Positions 35,394 to 44,500 of a stretch of DNA of 64,000 bases are shown piece by piece (the first letter of the stretch is position 1; every line of letters begins with the position of its first letter). The position numbers and the translations under genes were made by a program. Source of the stretch: Bacteroidota bacterium (GTDB taxonomy: Bacteria > Bacteroidota > Bacteroidia > Flavobacteriales_D > Crocinitomicaceae); NCBI GenBank assembly GCA_041191505.1, contig JBEEOT010000008.1, forward strand, positions 10,348 through 74,347. The letters are read 5' to 3'. The notes under the pieces are model-generated. The model was given only the letters and a program-made list of their open reading frames with translations. It did no database searches and was not told the DNA's origin.

Positions 35394-37024
35394 AACCAAC
35401 CCTAGACAACATCGATCAATGGCTCTTTGATGCCCTCGAAGGCAATCTAAGCGCTGAGCAAGAACAAATGCTCGAGGAGTTTATTGCCCAAAATCCAGAA
35501 TTTGAAATCGAGCAAGATGCTTGGTTACACACCAGCTACTCAGCCGCTCCTATCACTTTCGAACCAAAATCAGCGCTGTATCGCAAACGTCAATTTTCTT
35601 ACAAACATTTTGCAGCTGCAGCGATCCTACTTCTCCTACTTGCTGTCAAAGCAATCTTCTTCAATCAGAGCTCTCCTTCACTTACCGTTGAGAAAGAATC
35701 GAATCCAACGCGCCGTGTATCAACTTCTATCCATCATACGTCAGCACCCCAACAATCCACCACGACAACATCATTACAATCGAAATCTACCAAATCTATT
35801 GCCACTCCAACAAGCAGCACAATTGCTCATCCTGCATTCATTTCTCCCGATTTCACCCGAATTAATTCATTCCATTCTTCGTCTGCCACTCCTCTTTCTA
35901 GCGCTGCTTTAGGAGCTTCTTTAAACCGCTCTATTTTGCCAAGTTCTATTGAGCAATCGAAGCTACAAACATTGCCAACAGAACAAATCACTGGCTACCG
36001 CACAGATTTAAACTTTGAATCTTTGGCTGGAATAGCATCCGAATTCAAGATCAATAGCAATCTGCGTTGGCCGGCCTTGCAGCGCCTGAGTCAGTTCGCA
36101 CAAAAAGAACTTGGCCTTAGCAACAACCAATCCTATGACCTTTTAGCACCTGGCAAAAGTAACATAGATGCCAATATCAGCAGCGTTGGCACCCTTTCGC
36201 AATTGCGTTTTCAAAGCACAAGCATGGCACGGAGCACTACAGAAAACGCTCAAACGGTGCTTGGCCAACAATTCAGTCTCGATGGTTACTCGCGCAGCAT
36301 GAGAGCCGGCATTGGCGTACAAGCCAATTACAAACAATATGCACAAGGTGCGATCAGTGATTACGAGCTCGGGCTTATTGCCGCACCCAAAATCATGATC
36401 AGTAGAAGGTTCATCTTGGAGCCAGCCGCGCGCTTGCGCATGGGTGCGCGCTACGCAACTACATCAAAACTACAACAACTCTCATTTATTGAATTCGAAA
36501 ACGCCGATTTAAGAACCGTTCAAATAGATACCGCCCAAGCGGTTGGGCGTCGTTTGTTCTACAAAGACCTCGATCTAAGTTTAGCGATCCAAACCCCCAT
36601 TCTCTTTGCGAGCGCTCAACTTGAAAACGCTTTCCAACATTTTGACTACGCAATGGGTAACGAACTCAATCCAAGCAACAGCCATGCGCCACAAGTGTTA
36701 ACCGTTTCATTAGGTACTCAATACGCGTCACGCAACGAAAAAATGCGCATTTCACCATACGTGCAATACCGCAGCAACCGACTACAAACCCAGTATCTAG
36801 CTGGCCTACAATTGAACATCAACAAATGGCAGTTCGGTCTTAACATTGCCAATAACAAGCAATACCAAGCTGCAATGGGCTATTTTGGCAAACACAGTGC
36901 CGTATTATTACAAAGTTGCCAACTTCAACTTCTAACACTCAACCAGCCGAGCTACTATCATCAAGTCACCTTCCGAATTTACTCTCAACCAAGCCGAAAA
37001 GCGAGACGCTATATAGACCTATAA
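35390..37024 (+). CDS. anti-sigma-like / single-TM / Ser-Thr-rich linker / PorP-SprF-like beta-barrel fusion protein
   Basis: ATGA overlap with the sigma gene. The N-terminus is LFDALEGNLSAEQEQMLEEFIAQNPEF. TM helix at aa 74-91. S/T/P-rich region at aa 94-200. By-eye alignment of aa ~240-544 to the neighbouring PorP/SprF gives AGIGVQANYKQYAQGAI vs GGVGLVALHDQQGQGTI, ISPYVQY vs LSPNIIY, and YHQVTFRI..RKARRY vs SHEVSLGI..KPARDFRR. Confidence 0.55.
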   Translation: MKPTLDNIDQWLFDALEGNLSAEQEQMLEEFIAQNPEFEIEQDAWLHTSYSAAPITFEPKSALYRKRQFSYKHFAAAAILLLLLAVKAIFFNQSSPSLTVEKESNPTRRVSTSIHHTSAPQQSTTTTSLQSKSTKSIATPTSSTIAHPAFISPDFTRINSFHSSSATPLSSAALGASLNRSILPSSIEQSKLQTLPTEQITGYRTDLNFESLAGIASEFKINSNLRWPALQRLSQFAQKELGLSNNQSYDLLAPGKSNIDANISSVGTLSQLRFQSTSMARSTTENAQTVLGQQFSLDGYSRSMRAGIGVQANYKQYAQGAISDYELGLIAAPKIMISRRFILEPAARLRMGARYATTSKLQQLSFIEFENADLRTVQIDTAQAVGRRLFYKDLDLSLAIQTPILFASAQLENAFQHFDYAMGNELNPSNSHAPQVLTVSLGTQYASRNEKMRISPYVQYRSNRLQTQYLAGLQLNINKWQFGLNIANNKQYQAAMGYFGKHSAVLLQSCQLQLLTLNQPSYYHQVTFRIYSQPSRKARRYIDL

Positions 37025-37026
37025 CT

Positions 37027-37989
37027 ATGAAAAATTTAACCTTAACCTTTTTGTTTATTTTGGCCGCTGGTCAGTTACTTGCTCAGGACCCTACATTTAC
37101 TCAGTTTTATTCCAATCCTGTGTATTTGAATCCTGCGTTGGCCGGATCGAGCGGTTGCCCACGTGTAGCACTCAATTACCGCAATGAGTGGCCACAATTA
37201 ACGGGCAATTACGTTACTTATGCCGCTTCTTACGACAGCTACTTTAAAAACATCTCAGGAGGCGTTGGCTTGGTAGCCTTGCATGACCAACAAGGGCAAG
37301 GAACAATCCAAACTTCTATGATTGGCGCGAGCTACTCCAATTACCTCAAAGTCAATCGCAAGTTTCGTCTAATGTTTGGCGCGCAAGCTGCCTATTACCA
37401 GAAATACCTCGACTGGAGTCAACTCACTTTCGGCGACATGATAGATCCGCGCCGAGGATTTATCTATCAAACAGGCGATGTACCAAGAGGTGACGGCCAT
37501 AGAGGATTTTTTGACGTATCGGCTGGCATCGTAGGTTTTAGCAAGAATTTTTATTTCGGCGCGGCTTTCCACCACCTGAACAGACCTGATGAATCCATGA
37601 TACTTGGTCAGTCCAGACTTCCTGTAAAGATCACAGGCCACCTCGGGGCGAACATCAAACTCGGGCAGCGCGGCCGTTATTCAAGCTCCACCTTCTTGTC
37701 ACCGAATATCATCTACCAATACCAGAATGGCTTTCAGCAATTAAATGTAGGTGCTTACCTCAAATACGAGAGTTTCACCATTGGTGCCTGGTATCGCAAT
37801 AAAGATGCTTTTATATTAACGCTTGGCATCAACACTGACAAATACCGCATTGGTTACAGCTATGACCTCACGGTCTCACCATTAGGCAATGGCATCAGTG
37901 GCGGTTCACATGAAGTTTCGCTTGGCATCAATCTAAAATGTAAAAAACCAGCCCGAGATTTCAGACGCATAAGCTGTCCTTCTTTCTAG
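37027..37989 (+). CDS. type IX secretion system membrane protein, PorP/SprF family
   Basis: Signal peptide followed by the hallmark QDPTFTQFYSNPVYLNPALAG. The C-terminus ...GGSHEVSLGINL...ISCPSF is typical of the family. Start trimmed to 37027. Confidence 0.85.
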   Translation: MKNLTLTFLFILAAGQLLAQDPTFTQFYSNPVYLNPALAGSSGCPRVALNYRNEWPQLTGNYVTYAASYDSYFKNISGGVGLVALHDQQGQGTIQTSMIGASYSNYLKVNRKFRLMFGAQAAYYQKYLDWSQLTFGDMIDPRRGFIYQTGDVPRGDGHRGFFDVSAGIVGFSKNFYFGAAFHHLNRPDESMILGQSRLPVKITGHLGANIKLGQRGRYSSSTFLSPNIIYQYQNGFQQLNVGAYLKYESFTIGAWYRNKDAFILTLGINTDKYRIGYSYDLTVSPLGNGISGGSHEVSLGINLKCKKPARDFRRISCPSF

Positions 37990-38028
37990 GTCTTTGAACA
38001 GCTAGATTGCAATTCGTAATTTAGCCAA

Positions 38029-39753
38029 ATGAACAGATCAATCTTCATCTTTACTATCAGTTTGTTTGGTCAACTATTTGCCCAACAAAATTGGCTAGGC
38101 AACACCTCCCCTACCTACGACGAACTCATTGCGCATCTCAAAACAATAGATCGCGCGCACAAAGAGGTAAAATTGTACAACATGGGTGCCTCAGATTTTG
38201 GACAACCCATTTACCTCTGCGTGGTGAATGGACACAAAGATTCTCTCAAAACTTTTGAAAAAGCACGCAGTTCTACAACAATCTTGATCAATAACGCCAT
38301 ACATCCTGGCGAACCCGACGGCATCAATGCTTGTCTCATTTGGCTAGATCAATGGATTCGCGCAGGCAAACCCCTGAAGAGTCGAGACGGCGGTGATTTA
38401 CCAGTAATTGCCTTTATTCCAGCATATAATGTAGGTGGTATGTACAACCGTTCTGGAACGAGCCGCGCTAATCAAAATGGCCCTGAGGAATATGGCTTTC
38501 GAGGCTCTGCCAAAAATCTTGACCTTAACAGGGATTTTACCAAAATGGATGCCGTGAACACACATACTTTTGTACGCATCTTTCAAGCACTCGACCCAGA
38601 CATTTTCATAGATAACCACGTATCGAATGGCGCTGACTATCCTTATACCCTTACGTACATCAGCTCACTTAAAGAGCGACTTGCTCCGAGTATGCGCACC
38701 CTAACCTATGACAACTGTATACCTACCCTCAAAGAATATTGCCAAATAGGAAACTTTGAATTGTTCCCTTATGTCGAATTGAAAGAAGAAACACCTGATA
38801 ATGGGATCATTGCTTTCAATGACTTACCTCGCTATGCCATGGGTTATGCCAGCTTGTTTCATTCCCTTTCGTTTACCGTCGAAACCCATATGCTCAAACC
38901 ATTTGCTCAGCGCGTTCAGGCCACATTGCAATTCATGAATGCGACAATCGCTTTTGCTATGGAGCAAGATGCTGATCTTGAAAAAGCGCGAAGGGAAGCC
39001 AAAGAATGGGCTCAGGTTCAAACTCAATTTAAATTCAATTATCAATTAAATACCCAAAAAGTCGACAGTATCCGATTCAAGGGCTACGAAGCGACCTACC
39101 CTATTCACCCGATTACGGGTTTGGCTCAATTAGAGTACAACCGAGAAAAACCTTATGAAAAATACATCTCCTATTACAACGAATACTTCCCTCAGGACTC
39201 CATCGCCATCCCAAAATATTATGTGGTGGGAGCCCAGGAAGCAGCAGTTATCAAAAACCTACAGTTAAATGGTGTTCATTTTGAAACCGTTCAAGATTTT
39301 CACAAAGAAAAACTCACTTGTATGGTAGTAAAGAGTTACAAGGCTCCAACCCGACCCTACGAAGGTCATTTTAAACTATCCGAGATTGAACTTATGCGTA
39401 CAGAACAAGAAATCATGCTCAAACCGGGTGATATCATTATTCCGACACAACAAGAACGCGCATATTTTATTCATGCAGTTTTGCAACCAAAAGCCGAAGA
39501 CAGCTACTTTACTTGGAATTATTTTGATTCTTATCTACAACAAAAAGAGTATTTCTCTGCATATGTGTTCAAAGCGCAGATCGAAGACCTGCTCTCTAAA
39601 AATCCAGAACTCAAAAAATCCTATGAAGAAAAAAAAGCACTCGATATCAAATTTGCTCAAAGCGAATGGGATCAGCTTTTTTATATCTATCAAAGAAGTC
39701 CTTATTTTGAACCAACCTTTATGCGTTTGCCCGTTTACGAATTGAACGACTAA
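38029..39753 (+). CDS. M14 family zinc carboxypeptidase
   Basis: Signal peptide. Zn-ligand HxxE in NNAIHPGEPDG. Second motifs GFRGSAKNLDLNRDF and FIDNHVSNG. Confidence 0.85.
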   Translation: MNRSIFIFTISLFGQLFAQQNWLGNTSPTYDELIAHLKTIDRAHKEVKLYNMGASDFGQPIYLCVVNGHKDSLKTFEKARSSTTILINNAIHPGEPDGINACLIWLDQWIRAGKPLKSRDGGDLPVIAFIPAYNVGGMYNRSGTSRANQNGPEEYGFRGSAKNLDLNRDFTKMDAVNTHTFVRIFQALDPDIFIDNHVSNGADYPYTLTYISSLKERLAPSMRTLTYDNCIPTLKEYCQIGNFELFPYVELKEETPDNGIIAFNDLPRYAMGYASLFHSLSFTVETHMLKPFAQRVQATLQFMNATIAFAMEQDADLEKARREAKEWAQVQTQFKFNYQLNTQKVDSIRFKGYEATYPIHPITGLAQLEYNREKPYEKYISYYNEYFPQDSIAIPKYYVVGAQEAAVIKNLQLNGVHFETVQDFHKEKLTCMVVKSYKAPTRPYEGHFKLSEIELMRTEQEIMLKPGDIIIPTQQERAYFIHAVLQPKAEDSYFTWNYFDSYLQQKEYFSAYVFKAQIEDLLSKNPELKKSYEEKKALDIKFAQSEWDQLFYIYQRSPYFEPTFMRLPVYELND

Positions 39754-41510
39754 CGCACGATTAATTTGCCCGCATGTCTCAAGCCCTCTATTTGCCACAA
39801 ATAAAGTCCGCTTGGAAAGGAACTCAAGGAAATCGTAAATGTCTTTGAATTGATATTTTCAATTCGCATTACTTTTCCGTCAATGGAATAGATATTCATT
39901 TTACCAAAGACAGGTTTGGAAAAAGAAAAGGTGACTAAATCTTGTGTCGGATTTGGGTAAACAAATGACGTGAATACATTTTCAATTGATCCGGCATCGG
40001 TATTTCCACAAGAACTTGAAAAATAACTTTGCGTCTCATACCTACTCTGTGCCGGAATTGGATATGAAATTACCGGTTGCTCCCCAATTTTCAACCACAT
40101 GGATTGTGGTACAAAATCAGGGCAAAATGCATAGGCAAATGAAGTATCTGTTTGAAGTGAGGTACCTGCCGGAACAATTGTACCCTTGTTATTATTGGCA
40201 AATTCAAAATGACCTGTACCCTGCAAGCTGTAATTAACCAAACTATAAGGGAAAGCCGTATTGGTTACTTCATTGCCAATAAAAAGTTGATTTGGAGAAC
40301 TTTGGTCGCTAAAAAAAATACCATACAAAAAAGCTCGATTGCGATAAAATAGATTATCAGGTCCATTTGCGCCGTGAGAGTTATCGATCACGATATTATT
40401 GACGACATTTTGCTCCAACAAATTGGCATAAACATAATTGCCATGAAGTACTAAATCACCTGCGCTATTTGTGCCCAACAAAGGACTTGAATTTATCCAA
40501 TACGCATCTGTACTAAAATTGAAAGCAGCAACATTACCATTTGCCCCGGACTGAAGCAAGATGGCGTGGCGCAAGTGCTTAAAAATATTGTCTTCAATAC
40601 GACAATCACCAGTACTAGACTGCAGCACAACACCATAGGCGCGGCCTCCTCCACCATAATCAAAAGCCTCAGTGAGGTAATTTTTATGGACCAAAATCTG
40701 GGCGCAACTATTTAAAGCGATATGCGCAAAAGTGCAGTATCTAGAAAAGAGCCCGCTGATTTGCGAATTAACGACAAAATTAAATTCTATAGAACTACTT
40801 TGCTCTGGTGCTGTATCATCGATTCGCTCAATTGAAAAACACCTCAATTGAATATGCTCCTTCGGAATAATTCTCTGAACTGTACAAGGCAATTCATTGA
40901 CATAGGATCTACGGATCTTAGCAGTCAAAAAAAGTGTGTCGCCAGCCACCGCCTCAACCTGAAGCAGCTGCCCTACCGTACCAAGCGCCCATGAAGAAGT
41001 CACAAGTGAGGCATCTTGACACCTCAAATAAAGCCAATCTTTGGGCTGAAAATCATGAGCTGGGCATATTAGAAAGTGGTCGTTTTCAAGTGGTGGCAAC
41101 ACAACAGCTGGCTGATTGGTGGAGAGCGAGCCGCTGGCTTGAATCGCACTTTGTGATCCGCCTAAGTTGAATTGAAAATGAGTGAGATCAGGCCCTTCCC
41201 CTTCTATGATGAGTAGCGACTTCAATTGTAGGGTCTGTGTGAACAAAAATGTACCTTCCGGAAAGTGAATTCTTACCGTATCGTTTGAATATTGTTGTAA
41301 CAAGGCATTGATCGGAGCTGAACAATCTTGTTGGCCAGTCGGATCTAAATTGAGTGCTGCGAGGTCGAGAACTTGATAACATGAATCCGGAAGCACAGAG
41401 GAATTTACGCTTTGCCAATCTGAAAAACGATCGTAGGGAAAAGTTGTTTGGGCCTGAACGGTTTTCAGACCAAGGCATGCAAAAAGAAGTAGTAAGCAAC
41501 GCATATTCAA
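39750..41510 (-). CDS. T9SS-secreted right-handed parallel beta-helix protein
   Basis: Signal peptide MNMRCLLLLFACLGLKTVQAQ. Beta-helix-like repeats (NIFKHLRHAILLQSGANGNVAAFNF, LEQNVVNNIVIDNSHGANG). The CTD is VYPNPTQDLVTFSF...GLYLWQIEG. Confidence 0.75.
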   Translation of the reverse strand: MNMRCLLLLFACLGLKTVQAQTTFPYDRFSDWQSVNSSVLPDSCYQVLDLAALNLDPTGQQDCSAPINALLQQYSNDTVRIHFPEGTFLFTQTLQLKSLLIIEGEGPDLTHFQFNLGGSQSAIQASGSLSTNQPAVVLPPLENDHFLICPAHDFQPKDWLYLRCQDASLVTSSWALGTVGQLLQVEAVAGDTLFLTAKIRRSYVNELPCTVQRIIPKEHIQLRCFSIERIDDTAPEQSSSIEFNFVVNSQISGLFSRYCTFAHIALNSCAQILVHKNYLTEAFDYGGGGRAYGVVLQSSTGDCRIEDNIFKHLRHAILLQSGANGNVAAFNFSTDAYWINSSPLLGTNSAGDLVLHGNYVYANLLEQNVVNNIVIDNSHGANGPDNLFYRNRAFLYGIFFSDQSSPNQLFIGNEVTNTAFPYSLVNYSLQGTGHFEFANNNKGTIVPAGTSLQTDTSFAYAFCPDFVPQSMWLKIGEQPVISYPIPAQSRYETQSYFSSSCGNTDAGSIENVFTSFVYPNPTQDLVTFSFSKPVFGKMNIYSIDGKVMRIENINSKTFTISLSSFPSGLYLWQIEGLRHAGKLIVR

Positions 41511-41515
41511 AGGTA

Positions 41516-41543
41516 TAAAAAAAGCCCCGAAAAACTCGGGGCT
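41516..41543 (-). terminator. rho-independent terminator after the giant adhesin gene
   Basis: On the minus strand: AGCCCCGA-GTTTT-TCGGGGCT followed by TTTTTTAT. Confidence 0.85.
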
Positions 41544-41567
41544 TTACCTTGGATGGAATAACTAGTT

Positions 41568-44500
41568 TTAGTTTTTCACTATTCGAATCGCTTCGGCTGC
41601 TTCGGCTACTTTTAAGAAGTAGATCCCTCTTGCAACTTGGTCAATATCGATTGTAGTTGATGTACCTGTAAGCGTACCAGTGCTTACTACTTTTCCTTGT
41701 GCATCTTGAATCACATAAGTGCTATATAATGCTTCAGATGCTTTCAAAGTAAAGATAGCGTCAGTAGGGTTTGGCTGTACTGAGAAGCTCACAAAGCCAT
41801 TCTCATCTAGACCAACCGTAAGCGTAAGGTTCAAAGTAATGGTAGAATCACAACCAGCAGCATTGAGCAACACTTGCGTGTAAGTACCCGACTGCGTGTA
41901 AATGATTTCATTCAATACATAGCTTTGAAGCGCTGTAACGTTGAGTGTTGTTGAGGTAGGCTGAGCAGCAGTCACAACTATTTGTTCAGAAGCAGTAGTA
42001 CATCCGTTTGCACTTGTTGTCAAACAGCTGTAGGTACCCGGTGCATTGACCGTAATTTCTGACGTTGCAGGACCGTTAGACCAGCTGTAGGTGTTACCCG
42101 GCTGTGCTGAAATGGTAAGCGATTCACCAGGACACAAGCTCGCGTTACCATCTAGAATCAAGTCTGCTGACGGAGCTTCATTGACTGTAACAACTACTTC
42201 AGCTAAGTCAGGACATCCATTGGCTCCATAACCGGTAACAACATATGTACCCGGACTCATAATGGTTTGCGTCACTGAAGTACTGTTGTTTGCCCAAACA
42301 TAAGTGTTGGCACCACCAGCTGTTAAGGTAACTGAGCCACCTTCACAGAAAGTAAGTGGGCCAGATGCAGAGATGGTTGTTGTTGGCACTGGAAGAACCG
42401 TTACGTTGATCGGCGCTGATGTTCCAGTACAACCTTGTGTATTCGTAACCGTGACGGTTACCGGACCGTTTAAGCCTACGTTCACACCTTGAGTAGTTTG
42501 ACCATTAGACCAAACATAAGATGCTCCTGGTGAAGCCACGAGTGTAGCATAAGCACCAGCACAAACTGTGGTTGGTGAAACAGCTGTAATACTTGGGGTA
42601 AATGAAGTTTGAGCGTTCACTAAAATTTCATTCGAAACGGTACTACAACCAGCAGCATTTGTCACTGTTACAAAGTAAATTCCAGAGGTAGTTGCAGTAA
42701 TGCTAGGTGTAGTAGCACCATTGCTCCATACATACGAAGTACCGTTTGTATTTGAATTTAAGGTAACACTCTGACCTTGACAGAACGAAGTTGAACCTGC
42801 GGCAGAAATAGCCACTGTCGGATTCGAGCTCACAGCAATTGCTAATGGAGCAGACGAAGCAGTACAACCGTTTGCATCTGTCACAGTTACTGAGTAGTTT
42901 CCTGCAGTTGAGACATTGATACTTGAGTTGGTTGAACCGTTACTCCACAAATATGAAGCAGCAGTGCTAGACGAAAGTGTTGCTGCCGTTCCTTGACAAA
43001 TTGCAACGTTATTCGTTGTCACAATCGGGTTGCTCACTGAGTAAAGAGAGACAAGCACTGGTGCTGAAGTTGCAGAACATCCCTGGTGGGTAGTTTGTAC
43101 CGTTACAGGACCACCCGTTGTAACAGCAATACTTTGAGATGTCTCTCCGGTACTCCATACATAGGCGTCCGCATTTTCGGCCGTAAGCACTACACTTGCC
43201 CCAGGACAGAAAGTCGTTGGGCCATTTGTAAATACTTGAGGTGTTGGAACTGCTTGTACAAGAACTTGTTTTGTAACAGTCGTTGAACAAGCACCACTGT
43301 TGGTTACTGTATAGTTAATTGTAGCTGTCCCTCCCTGTAATCCTGAGATTTGACCATTGGCATCAACACTCGCCACATTGGCATTTGAACTCGACCAAAC
43401 ACCACCCGTGGTTGCATTTGTATATTGTTGAGTTGCTCCAACACAAACACTATTTGAACCAGCAATAGCAGATACAATTGGCATTGGCGCTGCCGTTACA
43501 ATAGTAGCGGCACTCGTAGTTGAACAACCATTTGCAGCGGTAAGTGTGTAAGTATAAGAACCTGATGTTGAGACAGAAATACTTGAAGCAGTTTGACCGT
43601 TATTCCAAATGTATGATCCTGCGCCATTTGCTGACAAAATAACAGAGCCTCCATCACAGAATGAAGTTGGGCCGTTAGCAGTAATGGTTGCAGCCGGAAC
43701 CGGTAAAACATTTACCACGATTGGTGCTCCTGTCGCAGAACAACCATTGTTGTCAGTACAAATAGGGAAATATGTACCTGATGTATTAACAGTGTTTGCA
43801 GCGGTAAAAGTTCCGTTATTCCATAAGTAAGATGATCCTCCTGTCGCAGTAAGCGTTACTGAAGATCCTGAACAGAATGTAGTTGGTCCGCTTAATGCAA
43901 CATTCACCACTGGTGGTTGATTAACCGTAAGTGCAAGTGGTGCAGATGGATTAGAAACACAACCAGCAGCACTTGTAATAGTCACTGCGTAACTACCACC
44001 CGCTGTTACAGAAATTGTTGGTGTAGTTGCACCTGTATTCCAAGCATAAGAGGCCGCAGCTGGTGCAGAAAGCGTTGTTGCAGAACCCTGACAAATTGAG
44101 TTGCCATTTGAAGATGTAATCGTTGCAACAGGAAGTGCTTCTACAGCAATGTTGGCGGTTGTTGTTGAAGTACAACCATTTGTTGCTGTTGTGGTGTAGG
44201 CAACAGTTGCTGTACCTGCACTCATACCAACGATGTCTCCGGTGCTACCATTTAAGCTCATGAGCGATGGCGTTGAACTAGACCAAGTACCATTTGGAAC
44301 CGGGTTAGAAACCGTTGCGTTGTTACCTACACACAAGATAGATGGCGCAACGATTGGCGCGTTAGCAGGAGATTGATTCACGTTGACAACAACCTGATCC
44401 GAACCAACACAACCATTCGTGCCAGTTGCGCTCACTATATATGTGGTAGTTGCTGTTGGTGTAGCTACAGGATTTAGAATACCCGCATTTGACAAACTTG

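Noticed and set aside
41958-44129. Regularly spaced repeats of about 215 nt that could superficially suggest a repeat array or CRISPR-like periodicity.
   Set aside because: They are in-frame coding repeats (71-73-aa Ig-like modules) within one uninterrupted ORF. The copies have diverged at the nucleotide level, there is no short identical direct repeat plus unique spacer structure, and no cas genes are present.
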